Source: Cyanophora paradoxa CCMP329 (Eukaryota; Plantae; Glaucophyta). Taken from it: a DNA stretch of 64,000 bases. Below the pieces are notes generated by a model. The model saw only the letters and a program-made list of their open reading frames with translations. It was not told the DNA's origin and did no database searches. Positions 34,241 to 46,310 of this stretch are shown in pieces. The translations under genes were made by a program, and so were the position numbers. Where the stretch lies: positions 62,001 through 126,000 of the forward strand of contig QPMI01000563.1 in the NCBI GenBank assembly GCA_004431415.1. Reading direction: 5' to 3'. Within the stretch, counting starts at the first letter, position 1; each line of letters starts with the position of its first letter.

Positions 34241-37200
34241 ATGGCAGCTCGGCCACCTAAGCCGCTCTTCCCTGTCTCTGTGAAGAACATCGAGCTCCCT
34301 CGAGGTCCAGATGGCGCGGCAAAGGCAAAGCGTGTGCCGACCAAGACTGGTGCGCTCTGCGGTCGCCTTCCTTGCTGCGGTCTGACGGGCGTCCTCCAGG
34401 CACCCAGCGGGACACGGTGAGCGCCGCCGCCTGCAGCACGCGCGCTGCAATTGTCCAGCGTGCCGCAGCGCCGAGCTAATCGGGGCGGCAGGGCTCGGTG
34501 CTGGAGTTTGCATCCGAGGGCTCCGTGGCGCAGCTGGCGAAGAGCCTGGAGGCCTCGGAGCACGTCCCGCTCCGCGAGATGTATCCCGACGGCCGCACCT
34601 GGTCGGGGCAGGTGCCGGCCGCCGTCTCTCGCGGATCCCCGCCGGCCCCGCCTGACGGCGGCGGCGGCGGCGGCAGCCGCTGAACGTGCGTCCGGTGGAC
34701 ATGGGGATGACGCTCTTCTCCGCGCGGCGGGAGCTGGCGCTCCTCACCGAAGTCGCCTCGGAGGCCGACGACGGCAGCCTGCGCTCCATGCCGGGCGGCG
34801 CCTCCGTCCGCCGCTCCCAATCCGTCCCCCGCTCCGCCTCCGGCCGGAGCGCCGCGCCCGGAGAGGGGGAGGGCGCCGATGAGGACGGCGGCCCGCTCTC
34901 GGCCCGCCCGCAGTCCGGCGCGCTCCGCCCCGCCCATCCGCCCCCGCCCCGGGCCCAGCTGACGCGGCGCGGGCGGCAGGGGACGGCTCGGGGCGGGACT
35001 TCTCGGTGCCACTGACGGTGCAGCGGAAGCGGGAGCTGGAGCGGATCCTGGAGCTGCTGAAGGAGGGGGCGCGGCGCCTGAGGGAGTACAAGGCCTCGCG
35101 GGAGGCGTACGCCAGGACCCGCAACGTGCCCCTCGACGACCCCATCGAGCTCGCCCGCTTCGACGAGGAGTTCAAGGTGCCCCGTACCCCCTCTACTCTC
35201 TCCCCCCGGCCGAGCCCCGTACCCCGCAGCGGGCCGTCGACCGGAAGGCCCGCGCGGACGCCGCGCGCGCCGCCAAGATCGAGATGGCGAAGAAGGTGCG
35301 GGCCGCGTACCCCCTCCGCCTTTGCCTCCTCCCGCCCACTGGGGTACCCCTTTGCAGATGGACGTCGCGGCGCTCGCCGCGGCGATGGCGGCGGAGGCTC
35401 AGAAGGCGGCGCCGCCGGTTCGAATCCCGTCCGGCCCCTTTCCCGCCGCGTCGCCCGAGGGCCCCGGGCGGGGCACGCAGGGGCGAGGGCCGGACCCGGC
35501 GGCCACGGCCAAGTTCACCGAGGAGATCCTCCGCTTCAAGGCCCGCCCGGCCCCTTGCCAGCTCCCCGCGCTGCCGGCGGCCGCCTGACGCGGGGCGCCG
35601 CCCGCAGGCGCGGCTGCTGGGGCGGAACCCGAACGCGTGGGGGGCGGTCGAGGGCCCCGTGGAGGAGCCGGCGGCCCCGCGCGGCCCGTCGCCGGGTTCG
35701 TCGGCGTGGCCCGCGCCCGCCCCGACCCCCTCCCCCGTCCAGATCCCCGCCCGCCGCCCCTCGCCCACCCGCTCCCCTCCCCGCCCTCTGCGCCGCCCCC
35801 GGCCGACCGCCGGCCGCGCTCCAACTCGGTCTCCTCCACGCCGGCGGCCTCGCCGCGGGTGGAGGGCCCCGCCGCCGCCGGCTCCTCGTTCGCGGGGACG
35901 CGCCGCTCGATCTCCGTGCCCGACGTGGCGGCCATCGCGGCGGGGGCCCCGCTGCCCCGCGCCCACGACGACGACGACTCGGTGCCTGCTCTCACCGCGC
36001 GCCTCGCGGGGCGGGGAGAGAGCGGGCGGCAGGTGCTCATCGGGGACGACTCGGTGGCCTCCTCCTCGAACGCGAAGGGGCGGCCCGTGGCCCGCCGCCC
36101 CGTGCCCCCGCCCCGCTCCCTCTCCCGCCAGCTCTCCGCCCTCTCCGCCCGCACCCTGGTCCGCCCTGCGGAGCACCCCCGCCGCCGCCCCCCCCCGGGG
36201 GCTGAGGGGGCGGGGCAGGGGAGCGAGGGGGTGAACTACGGGACGATGCCGCGCCGCAACAACTCCTCCTTCCTCTCCCAGCCCGAGGAGCCGCCCTCCC
36301 CGCAGGCCCGCCCGCCCCCCGGCCACGCCCCGCCGCGCCGCTGACGGGGAGCGGGGGCGCAGGACTCGCCGGACCGGCCGGTCTCGGCCTCGGCGTTCTC
36401 GCCGCAGCGGCCGAGCACGGCGGGGGCGATCCGGGCGCCGGCCGTCGCCGAGCGCGTCCTCCGCCGCTCCGCCTCCTCCCAGGTCCGACCCCGCCGCATC
36501 GACCTCATCCGAGGCGCCCCCTGGCTGACCGCCCCGCTTGCCCGCCCGCCCCGCGCCGGCGCAGTCGTCGCTGGCGTCGATCCCGCCGATCGGGGCGGGG
36601 GGCCCTCGCGGCAGGCCTCGGCGATCCTCGTCACCGCCGAGGAGCTCGAGCTGCTCGAGGCCTCCGCCGCCCTCGCCGGCCAGCAGTCCGCCCGCTCCCT
36701 CCGCGGCCCGGCCCCGCCACCGAGCGCCGCGCCCTGCGCCCCCCCAGCGCCGGCCGCTCCCCGCGCCCCGTCGCGGTCCGAGCCATCCCCCGCTTCGCTC
36801 CCCTCCACGAATCGGAGAACGAAACGCGGCGCGCGCGCAGGTGCCGGCGCCGGCGGGGGCCGGTGCCGCCCCCCCCGTGGCCGAGGTCGACGTCACCGAC
36901 GAGGAGATCGCCATCCTCCAGGTGCCTCCTCTGCACTGAACCGCCTCCAAAACGAGACCTCTGTGTGCCAACAACGCCTCTCTCTGCAGACCTACAAGTT
37001 CCTGATGCGGTACGACAAGGACGCGTCTGGGGCGGGCCCCGCGGGGGCCCCCGGCCTGCTGGGGAGCGCGGTGCCGCCGCCGGGCTCGGGCGTCCAGCGG
37101 TGGGGGGCCCCTTCCCCTCGCGCGGCGTCGCCGCGCGTGAGGGCCTCCCCCGGGCAGGTATCGGGAGCACCTCGGGGGCGACGCCTCGATCGCGGAGGAG

Positions 37201-40200
37201 GCCGCCGCCGCCCCCTCCCCGCTCGCCTCCCCGGCAGGCTCCGAGCGGGCGCCCGCCGCCCCCGAGGAGGCCGGCTTCGCGGACGCCTCCCGCAACAAGG
37301 CCTTCCTCAGGGCCCGCCCCCGCCCCTCTCACCCTTCCTGCACCCGCCCCGCGCCTGACTCGGCGGGGCGCAGGAGACGGCGGGGCTGATGGGGGAGCAG
37401 CTGGCGGCGCAGCTGCGCTTCTCGCTGCGCGGCTCCCGCCGCTCCATGCGCGCCCTCGCCGCCCACGGCCACCCCCGCGCCAAGTCCTTCCGCAAGGACC
37501 CCCACGGCCACGGCGCCGCCCCGGCGGGGGCGGCGGGGGAGGGGGAGGGGGAGGGGGCGGGGGAGGGCGGCGAGGCGCCCCGCTCGGTGTCGCTGGCCAT
37601 CGCCGACGCCGTGCGGCGGGCCTCGGAGTCGCCCACTAACGCCCTCCCCGGCCTCGGCGCCCTCCTGAACCTCGCCTACCCCTCCCCGCTCCCCGTCTCG
37701 CCCCCGGGCCCCCGCCCCCCCTCCGGCCCCGCGGCCCCGGGGGCGGCCGGCTTGACCCCGGCGGAGCAGCTCCAGGCGGCGATCGCCACGCCGCGCCCGC
37801 TCGTCGCCTACGGCGCCCCCCGCGCCTCGTTCCCCCCGATGGCCATGCCCCGGCCCCCGCCCCCCGCCCCCGCCGCGAAGGAGACCCCGCGCCTCGCCGT
37901 GGAGCCGCCCAAGGAGGCCGCCCCGCCGGGCGCGGGGGCGGAGGCCGGCGAGCGGCCGCGCTCGCACCTCTCGCCGAGCTCGATGCTCTACGAGCCCCTC
38001 TCCACCGTCTACTCGTCGGGCGTGCCCCCGGACTCGACCGCCCGCGCCGGCACCACCACCCGCACCCCGACCCTCGGCGAGGCCGACGAGGAGGACGAGG
38101 ACGAGGAAGAGGAAGAAGAGTACGAGGAGGAGGAGGACGACGACGAGGAGGAGGAGGAGGACGAAGAGGAGGAGGAAGAGGGGAGCTCGGCGCCGCCTGG
38201 CGAGCAGTCGCGCGCCGAGTCGCGGGTCGAGTACGGTGCGCTTCTCCGAAGCGCCTCGTCCGCAGCGGTCGCTCGGGCCCGCCTGGCGCCTCACGGGCCG
38301 GGGCTCGCAGAGTACCAGGACGGGACGACGGCTCGGGACCTGGGGATGTTCAGCCCGAGGCAGGCCGCCGAGGCGGCCCGCAGGGCGGGGCTCGGCGCCT
38401 GGGCCGGCCACGCCGCCGCCGGCACCGCATCCTCGTCCAGGAAGCGGCAGCCGGCCGGCGGCGCGGCGGCGCTGGGGAGCACGGAGGTCGGGCGCTTCTG
38501 GGCCGCCGTCGGCTCCCCAGGTGCCCCCTCCCTCGGGCCTTTCGCCGCGCTAGCGTCGGCCGAGCGCGGCGGGGCGTGCAGGGACGGGCACGGGGTCCGG
38601 GACGGCCTCGGGGGGCGCCTCGTCCGAGCCGGCGGACTCGGTGCGGCAGGCGGCGGCCCCGGCGGCGGGGGCGGACGAGGGCGCGGGGTCGCCGCGGCGG
38701 CAGGTCTTCAAGCAGCGGCGGAAGAAGCGGCGCGGGTCGGACGGCTCGGAGGGCAAGGAGGTGGGGGGCCAGGGCTCCCCCCGCCGCCGCAACAGGTGCC
38801 TCGCCGCGCCAGGGCGCCCCCCGCGCCTCGCGGGGCCGGCGTGAACGAGGGGGCGGGGGCCAGCGCGGGGGCGATGGCGTCGTGGCTGGCGACGCACGCG
38901 CACTTCACCGTGCGGGACCTCACGCAACGCGGCCTCGCCGACGGCACGGTCCCCGGCAGCGACGACGGCAGCCTCGCCACCACCCAGGCCCGCCCCCGCC
39001 CTCCAGGCCCCCGCCCCGCCAGACCAGGGCGCTGAGGGGCGGGGCCAGGGGAGCGCGAGCATGGTGGCCTGCGAGCACGGCGTCGTCGTCCTCATGGCGC
39101 GTCCTCGCTCCCCGCCCCGCGCCCCGCCCGGGCCGCCCTGCCCCCTGACCGCCGCCTCCGGCGGGCGGGCAGGAGATGGTGGGAAAGGGGACGAACGGGC
39201 GCGTATACCGGGGCCGCCTCGGGGAGCGCACCGTCGCCGTCAAGCGCGTCTCCCTCGCCGTGCGCCCCGCCCCCCGAGCCCGCCCCCTCGCCCCTCCCCT
39301 GAGGCCCCCCCCCCGCCCTGCAGGGGGCGACGGGGAAGATCGAGAAGCTGGCGCGCCTCGAGATCGCGATGCTCTCCCAGCTCAAGCACCCCAGCATCGT
39401 CGAGTCCGCCCGCCCCGCCCCGCCCCGCCCCTTCCGGGGCCTGCGGGCTGACGCGGCGGGGCCGGGGCAGGTACTACGGCACGGCGTACGACGCGGCCGG
39501 GATGCAGCACATCGACATGATCATGGAGTTCGTCGAGGGGTCCGCCCCCCGCCGCCTCCCGTCCCCTCCTCCCTGTACGTAGCGGGGCGCGGGCGCGGGG
39601 CGCAGGTGCACGCTCTCGGACTTCGTCTCGCGGCGGGGGAGCGGCCTGCCCGAGCCCGAGGCCGCCCGCCTGGTCGCCCAGGCGCGCTGCGGCCCCTCTC
39701 TTGGCTGCCTCGCTTCGGCCTGACGTCTGTCCCGCGGCAGATCCTGGACGGGCTCGCGTACCTCCACTCCAAGCGCATCATCCACAGGGACCTCAAGGCG
39801 CGCCCCCGGCGCCCTGCCCCCTCCTCCAGTTGCCGTACCCCCTCCGAGGCCCTCCGCAGCCGGCGAACGTGATCGTGACGCCGGACCTCGTCGTCAAGAT
39901 CATCGACTTCGGCGTCTCCGCGCAGGTCCGGCACCGCGCGGTTCAACTGGGCGCACCCTTTCCTTTCTCCGATCCTGATTCGCGGACCCTGCTCTCCTCG
40001 AAAGCTCCGCGACCTGGCGGCGCTGCGGAGGAGCTGCGTGGGTACCCCCTGGTACCTCGCCCCCGAGGTCATCTGCCTCGAGCAGTACAGCTACCAGGTA
40101 CACCCGCCCCGCTTTCTCCCCTCCCTCCCATTTTTACCGTACCCCGCTCCAGGCCGACTGCTGGTCTCTCGGCTGTTCACTTGCGGAGCTCCTCACCGGG

Positions 40201-40586
40201 CACAGGCGCGCCGTGCCGCGTACCCTCCAGCCCTTCTACCCCGTTTGTGAACCGGGGTACAGGGTCTACGAGGACTTCAACGCGGTGGCGTGCATGTTCC
40301 GCATGGTGAACGACCCGCACCCGCCCATACCCCCCTCCGCCAGGTCCGAGGCCCCGCGCTGCCCCCCTCTTCCTGTGTCCGCCCTCTGAGCAGCCTCCCC
40401 GCAGCCCCGCCTGCGCCGCATTCCTGCAGGCGTGCTTCACGCGCAACTGGCGCGACGTGCGCTCTCCCGCCCTCGCCTCCGCCTCGCCCGTCGCCTCTGA
40501 TGCCCCGCGCGCTGGCGGCTCCACGCCTGCAGCGCCCTACGGCCGAGCAGCTGCGGCGACATCCTTTCATCACCTCCAATCTCTGA
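34241..40586 (+). CDS. Large Ser/Thr protein kinase with C-terminal MAP3K/STE (Cdc15/SepA-like) domain
   Basis: VGKGTNGRVY, VAVK, EIAMLSQLKHPSIV, MEFVEG, HRDLK-PAN, DFG, VGTPWYLAPE, DCWSLGC, RPTAEQLRRHPF; long low-complexity N-terminal part with an acidic tract; start approximate. Confidence 0.88.
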
Positions 40587-41341
40587 TCTCTCCCGACTCT
40601 CATACTATAACTCCTGTCGACATTGTTGCCTTATATGATTCGTAGTTAGGCCCGGCTCCCAGGCCATTGGCCAATCATACAAGCTGAGACTTACTCATTG
40701 CAAATAGTCATGATCAGTACCCCCCTGTTGTTCAGTCGACGTCGTGTACCCAGACGGACCAGTCGCACGCCACGCCGCGCCCGAGCCTCGGAGCACATAT
40801 GCATGGGGACCCTCGGGGGATCGACATCGGAGGATCGATATCTAATATACGTATACGTAATGTGTGCATGCGCAGCTTCGAATTCATGCGGGAGTCTCGG
40901 GAGTCCGCGGGAGTCTTCAAGCAAGTTCGCGAGTTTTATTTTGCTTCATTCGGTCATGATCATGAACAACGTTAACATACAAGTTTTTGCAGGACGTCGA
41001 CAGCTTATCGAATTAACTGTTTTGTTTTCAGGACAACCCTGAAAGAGGGTTGTCCTGCAGCTGCCTATGCGCATGCGATTAACACTTGCGCGTGGTGCAC
41101 TTGGCGCAAATTTTGAAATGCTGTGCGGATGCTGTCTATAGCTAGCTATAGCCGATTGGGAATTAAAAATGCAAGCACACGGAGCTGTGGTCGAGCAGGC
41201 ATGCAGCCTGCAAGACATGGAAAGCAGCTGCAGATCTAGAGAGACGTCGGGCCGGAACAGCAAAATCAAAGACGAGCTGCAGGTGATGATGATAACCGAG
41301 CTAGTAGCTATAGGCATAGCTATGAAGAAGCTTAAGAAGCA

Positions 41342-41380
41342 ATAGTAGTAGTAGCAGTAGTAGTAGTAGTAGTAGTAGTG
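41342..41380. repeat. (TAG)n microsatellite
   Basis: tagtagtagtagcagtagtagtagtagtagtagtagtg. Confidence 0.9.
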
Positions 41381-41619
41381 ATGAAGAAGGGGAAGTGGTA
41401 GCCTAGTAGCGCGGCGCTATTGCACGTGTACATGCAAGTGGAAACTGAGAGCGCAGGATGAGTTGGAACGCTGTGCGAGTCAAGCATGAGGGCACGGGGC
41501 TCTGTGACGTTGGTCTGGTAATGGTGTAGAACGCAACCAGCTGCGGAAGAACTAAGAATCGACGGAAGCTGTCGACGTGGACCATCGATATCATTTTTCC
41601 GTGCCTTTTTCGTGGGCAA

Positions 41620-44600
41620 TCAGGGGGTAATCGCTATCCGTGCTCGCTTCTTGGGACAGCTCGAGCAGCTCGCCAATTCCTTCAGCTCCTCAAGTTTCTG
41701 GATCGCGCACGATCGCGATCAGTGCCTGTGGCGGCTGGAAGAGTCGGGAATCCGCACCCGCTGAGGCGTGCACGGGGCGGGCTCGAATGGGACCTGATTG
41801 CCAGCAGCAGGCATCTCCTCGACGATTCGATCCTCACCGTACTAGTAACGAGGAGGCCTTGCAATTAAATCCAAATTCGCGATGCGCAGTTCTAGCAAAA
41901 AGACGTACGCGTGCTTTCATCAAGCTTGCAAACTTGGACGTATCGGCAGGGGTGCAGGAAGCGAACATGATGCCAGGTCCCGCAAGCGCATCTTGTCGCT
42001 GCCTGAGCTCTTCCAGCAGTGCCTTCGCCATCTTCTTTTCACCGCATGTCACTAAGAAGTTCGACTTGTCCTTCAGAAGCACCACGAAACAGGTGAAGTT
42101 GTCCCACTGGTTTGAGTACTGGTCTGAACTGGACCCATTGCAATTGACGAAGGCCCGCATCTCCGTGATGTGGCAATCATCGTGTTTGTGCCCCTCGCTC
42201 ATGCAAACGTAGCAGCTGCGAAAATTTCAATTCAGTTATGAGAATTCGAGAACAGTTATGAGAATTCGAGAACAAGATTGAATATTTATATAATTAATCA
42301 CGCACAACTCGGCAGAAGCGTGCAGGAATTCGGAAGGCATCAGCCGGACTGAGAGATCAACCTGAGCTGCAATGAAGTCGACGTTGCTGGGATCTGGATC
42401 CTGAACTCTACTCGAGAAGTTGCAGCGGCAAAAAATCAGAGAATAAAGCATTCTTTGACTTTTAGATTTGCGGAAAAGCTCGAAGGGGGGCTCACTTGAT
42501 TGGGGGTGCATGAAGACTGCAGATTCTGTCAATGTCAAGCTCGAGTTTCAATGCAGCATCTTCACCGATAAGCGATTTCATGGTCTTCAATGCATGATCA
42601 GAGCTTGTCATGAGCACGTTGTCTTCGCCGTACTGCTCATCGATATGTTACAAGCATATAATAGAACTGGAAGCACTAGCGGGCGCGGAGAAAAAGAAAC
42701 GCACTGTCGCTGTTAAGCGGATCGCCAGCTTCTTTTCAAGGGCCGCGTCGCCATGTGCCACCGCAGCTGCCAGGACGCGGTCTGGTTGATCGATATCGGA
42801 TATCGACGCCGCTGCACGAGCTTCTTCCAAGGAACCTCGAAGAACCCAAAGTTTTCCGCTCTCAAGATGGAAAACAAAGAGGTTGTCCGTCTGCTGTCGG
42901 AGCTGACTGCGCAAGCTGTAGTTAGCACTGAAACATCTATCCGAGAAAACTTGTTTTAACTTTCGAATGTACATGTACGAACCTAAGGGTTGACATCACA
43001 CAAGGTTGAGGTACCGAAGAGCTTGACCGAGAGCCGTCAAGGACAAGATGCTCGCCATACTGAGGTGCACAATCGTAATCATAAGAATCTATAACGCAGC
43101 CATACAAAGCAACAGAGGTAAATATTAATATTTGCAAGCTTAAGATACGTACCCGCAGCTTGAGCCCCACCACGAGCTTCCTCCAAACGTTCTCGTCCCC
43201 CTCACGAAGTCGCATTATCCGTGAGTAGTGCCCGAGCTGCTCAAGCCGCTTCTCGGCACTAATGTGATTGTCACTGTGATCCAACCAGATTTTCCCGTTA
43301 AGTAGCAGCACCACGGTGATCTGAAACTCTTTTTCTGTTCGGAATTCGGCGCTCAGAAGAGGGCACTGGTGCCGAGAATGCCCCATGTCCAAGCAGTAGA
43401 AGCAGCTGCACACGAAAACAAGTTCGTTACAAAAATAATGAGTGCAGATAGATATATAGCTATAGGGCCATCGAGCGCGCACGCATTTGTCGACCGTAAG
43501 GGCCGCGGCCGGAGCTTGATCAGATCTGAATCTGATTGAAGGCATGTCGCGATGTGAACTGCAACGCGAGTCGCCGCACTGGAAGCCGAGATTTCATAAG
43601 GGACTAGATAAGTCGAAATCTGAGTTTGCATGCTGCGGCTGAGAGCTTCGACGTGGAAGTCCGAGAAGCCCATCTCCCTGTTGAGAACGGCGATAAGGCA
43701 CTCTGGACCCTCGGTTCCATGCAAATGAGTTCTGAGTCCGCATTCTCCGCATCTAGATGGAAGCTTGTAGCTGCGAGCCGACAGTAATGAGCGATAGAAC
43801 CGTACGCGTGCTTTCTTGATGCATATTATTACTTTTTCACGGTGTCGTTGAGAACCTCGAGACTGGAAATTTTGGCGATGTCAATCTCCACGGCATACTT
43901 CTCGAGAGCTGACTTGTATGTTGTCCAATGGGAACCAAGAACCTTGTCGACGCCAAACTGCAAGATTATGGAATTACTTTATCGCAGAGAATGCGAGCTC
44001 GAGGCCAGGGGACTCGTGATCAATCGCCAGCCCGCGATCGGGCATATAAAAGATAATCGAGTGCAAGTGAGGAAGATCTAGATCTACTATGCTAACACCG
44101 AGATATATGCCTCTTCTACATTAAGTAGCTATATATATAGTATAATATAGCTATGTAGCTTTAAAACCGATTAGCTATAAAGAGAAAAGTAGGTGAGGTC
44201 GGAGCGCTCACGATGATCATGAGCAGGATGGTCAGTTCCTCCTCGAGACCGACGCCACCATGTGCCACCGCCAGAACACGGACCAGATGATAGAATGCCG
44301 TTGCGGGGGCCCGGCCTTGCTCATGCTCACGCAAACGCTCTTGCACCGATCGCTTTGTAGTGCCCACGTATATCTTCGAAATTTCATATGCATCCTTGCT
44401 CTTGATGAGTACGGCGTACACATGCTCCTTGCCACAACTCGCACTGTAATCACGCGTGCACGTGCGGTACGACACCCGGCGTGAGCTCAAGCTTGGGGAC
44501 GCGATCGCGAGCTACTGTCAAACTCACCTTGACTGAACAGAGCACAGGAGATCCGACCGCGAGGCGCCGCCGGGCGACACGTACGCACTGCTGGCAGAAC

Positions 44601-44830
44601 TCGAGTTCAGTGCTCCGCCTGCGAACTCAAAATGAGAGCTCGAACCAAATTCATTTCAAACATATGCATGCATATGCGTACGCTTCTCCTCCCCGGTCAC
44701 GGTGCCTGCATGAGTCGCGACCTGCGCCACGGCCGCGGTCGAGGCCTCCGGATCCGCATGCACAGTCACAGCTGCGGAAGGTTGCCGCTCCGCAGTCAAG
44801 ATGGTCTCGTCCAAACAGGACAGCAGGCTC
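41620..44830 (-). CDS. Intron-containing GIY-YIG endonuclease with two CCHC zinc knuckles and three degenerate GIY-YIG-like repeats
   Basis: HVYAVLI..KIYVGTTKRSVQERLREHEQG..T..LEEELTILLMII|FGVDKVLGS; CFYCLDMGHSRHQC (43363-43404); CYVCMSEGHKHDDC (42173-42214); phase-compatible GT-AG introns; start and stop approximate. Confidence 0.75.
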
Positions 44831-45469
44831 CGCGGCTGGAACTGTTTGCGGCCGGCCGGCACTAGTACTAGTACTGCAGCTGACTGAGGATCAAGATCTG
44901 TACATGTGCGCGCGCGCGGAATTAATACATAGTAATAGTCTCGGATCCGATAACTTTTTCTAGTTTTCGCTGGGTTCTCGGTTTTTTTTCCAACGGAACC
45001 CAACTTCCTGAGACGGAGACATCAACGCCCGCGTAACGGCGCCAGTTCCCGGATAGTCCCAAGTCTAAGGACCTCATAGCCCCGACCAGCGCCGCTGAAA
45101 GACGCGTCCTAAGCGACCTCGGGATTGCATATCGACATACACTCTCTTCCGGGCGGTCGCGGAGCGCGGCCTGGGCGCCGAAAATGACGATGAGCTCTAT
45201 ACGAAGTGAATTCTCGAGCGGCAGCCCTTAATCTGCGGCAGCAGCTGAGATCGCCCTCGCCCGTTTGCACGGCCAAAAAAAGGCCGAAAAGAAAAACCGG
45301 GCCAAGCGTACCCCTGTCGATTGCAAACGGTCAAAACAGCTCAGCGGCTGCAGCAGATGCAGAAGTGATGCTTCTGAACGCTTCAGCTTTCTCTTCGCAC
45401 GCCAGCGCTTTCGCTTTTTGGTCAGGGCTTCGCGTGCTGGACCGTGCTGGACGCCAGATCTCGCGTGCT

Positions 45470-46310
45470 GGACCAGGTGAGCCGGCGGCATGTCCTGCTT
45501 CTAGGGCCGACGAGCTATGATCGAACTGCGCGCAGGTCGCTCGGTCGCGCTCGCTCGCCGGCCGAAGGGCTTCGGGCGGCGGCAGATCTCGCTCGTTGTA
45601 CCAGGTGAGCCGTGAGGCGGCGGCACGCCCTGCATCTAGTGCCGACGAGCTCTGATCGAACTGCGCGCAGGTCGCTCGGTCGCGCTCGCTCGCCGGCCGC
45701 AGGGCTTCGGGCGGGGGGACCCGCCGCGCCAGACCTCGCTCGCTGTACCAGGTGAGCCGTGAGCCGGCGGCACGCCCTGCGTCTAGTGCCGACGAGCTCT
45801 GATCGAACTGCGCGCAGGTCGCTCGGTCGCGCTCGCTCGCCGGCCGAAGGGCTTCGGGCGGCGTATCCGCAGCGCCAGATCTCGCTCGCTGTACCAGGTG
45901 AGCCGTGAGCCGGCGGCACGCCCTGCGTCTAGTGCCGACGAGCTCTGATCGAACTGCGCGCAGGTCGCTCGGTCGCGCTCGCTCGCCGGCCGCAGGGCTT
46001 CGGGCGGCGGATCCGCAGCGCCAGATTTCGCTCGCTGCACCAGGTGAGCCGTGAGCCGGCGGCACGCCCTGCGTCTAGTGCCGACGAGCTCTGATCGAAC
46101 TGCGTGCAGGTCGCTCGGTCGCGCTCGCTCGCCGGCCGCAGGGCTTCGGGCGGCGGATCCGCAGCGCCAGATTTCGCTCGCTGCACCAGGTGAGCCGTGA
46201 GCCGGCGGCACGACCTGCGTCTAGTGCCGACGAGCTCTATATATAGCTAGTGCCCGCAGCTGCGCATGCAGGCCGCTCGGTCGCGCTCGCTCGCCGGCCG
46301 CAGGGCTTCG
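45470..46310 (+). repeat. Tandem array of ~146-bp units (5 full plus partial)
   Basis: TCGAACTGCG recurs at 45521, 45656, 45803, 45949 and 46095 (spacing 135, 147, 146, 146). Confidence 0.95.

Noticed and set aside
41620-44830. Penelope or other retroelement call from GIY-YIG plus gag-like knuckles
   Set aside because: No reverse transcriptase motifs, LTRs or poly(A) tail are visible, and the gene has many spliceosomal introns
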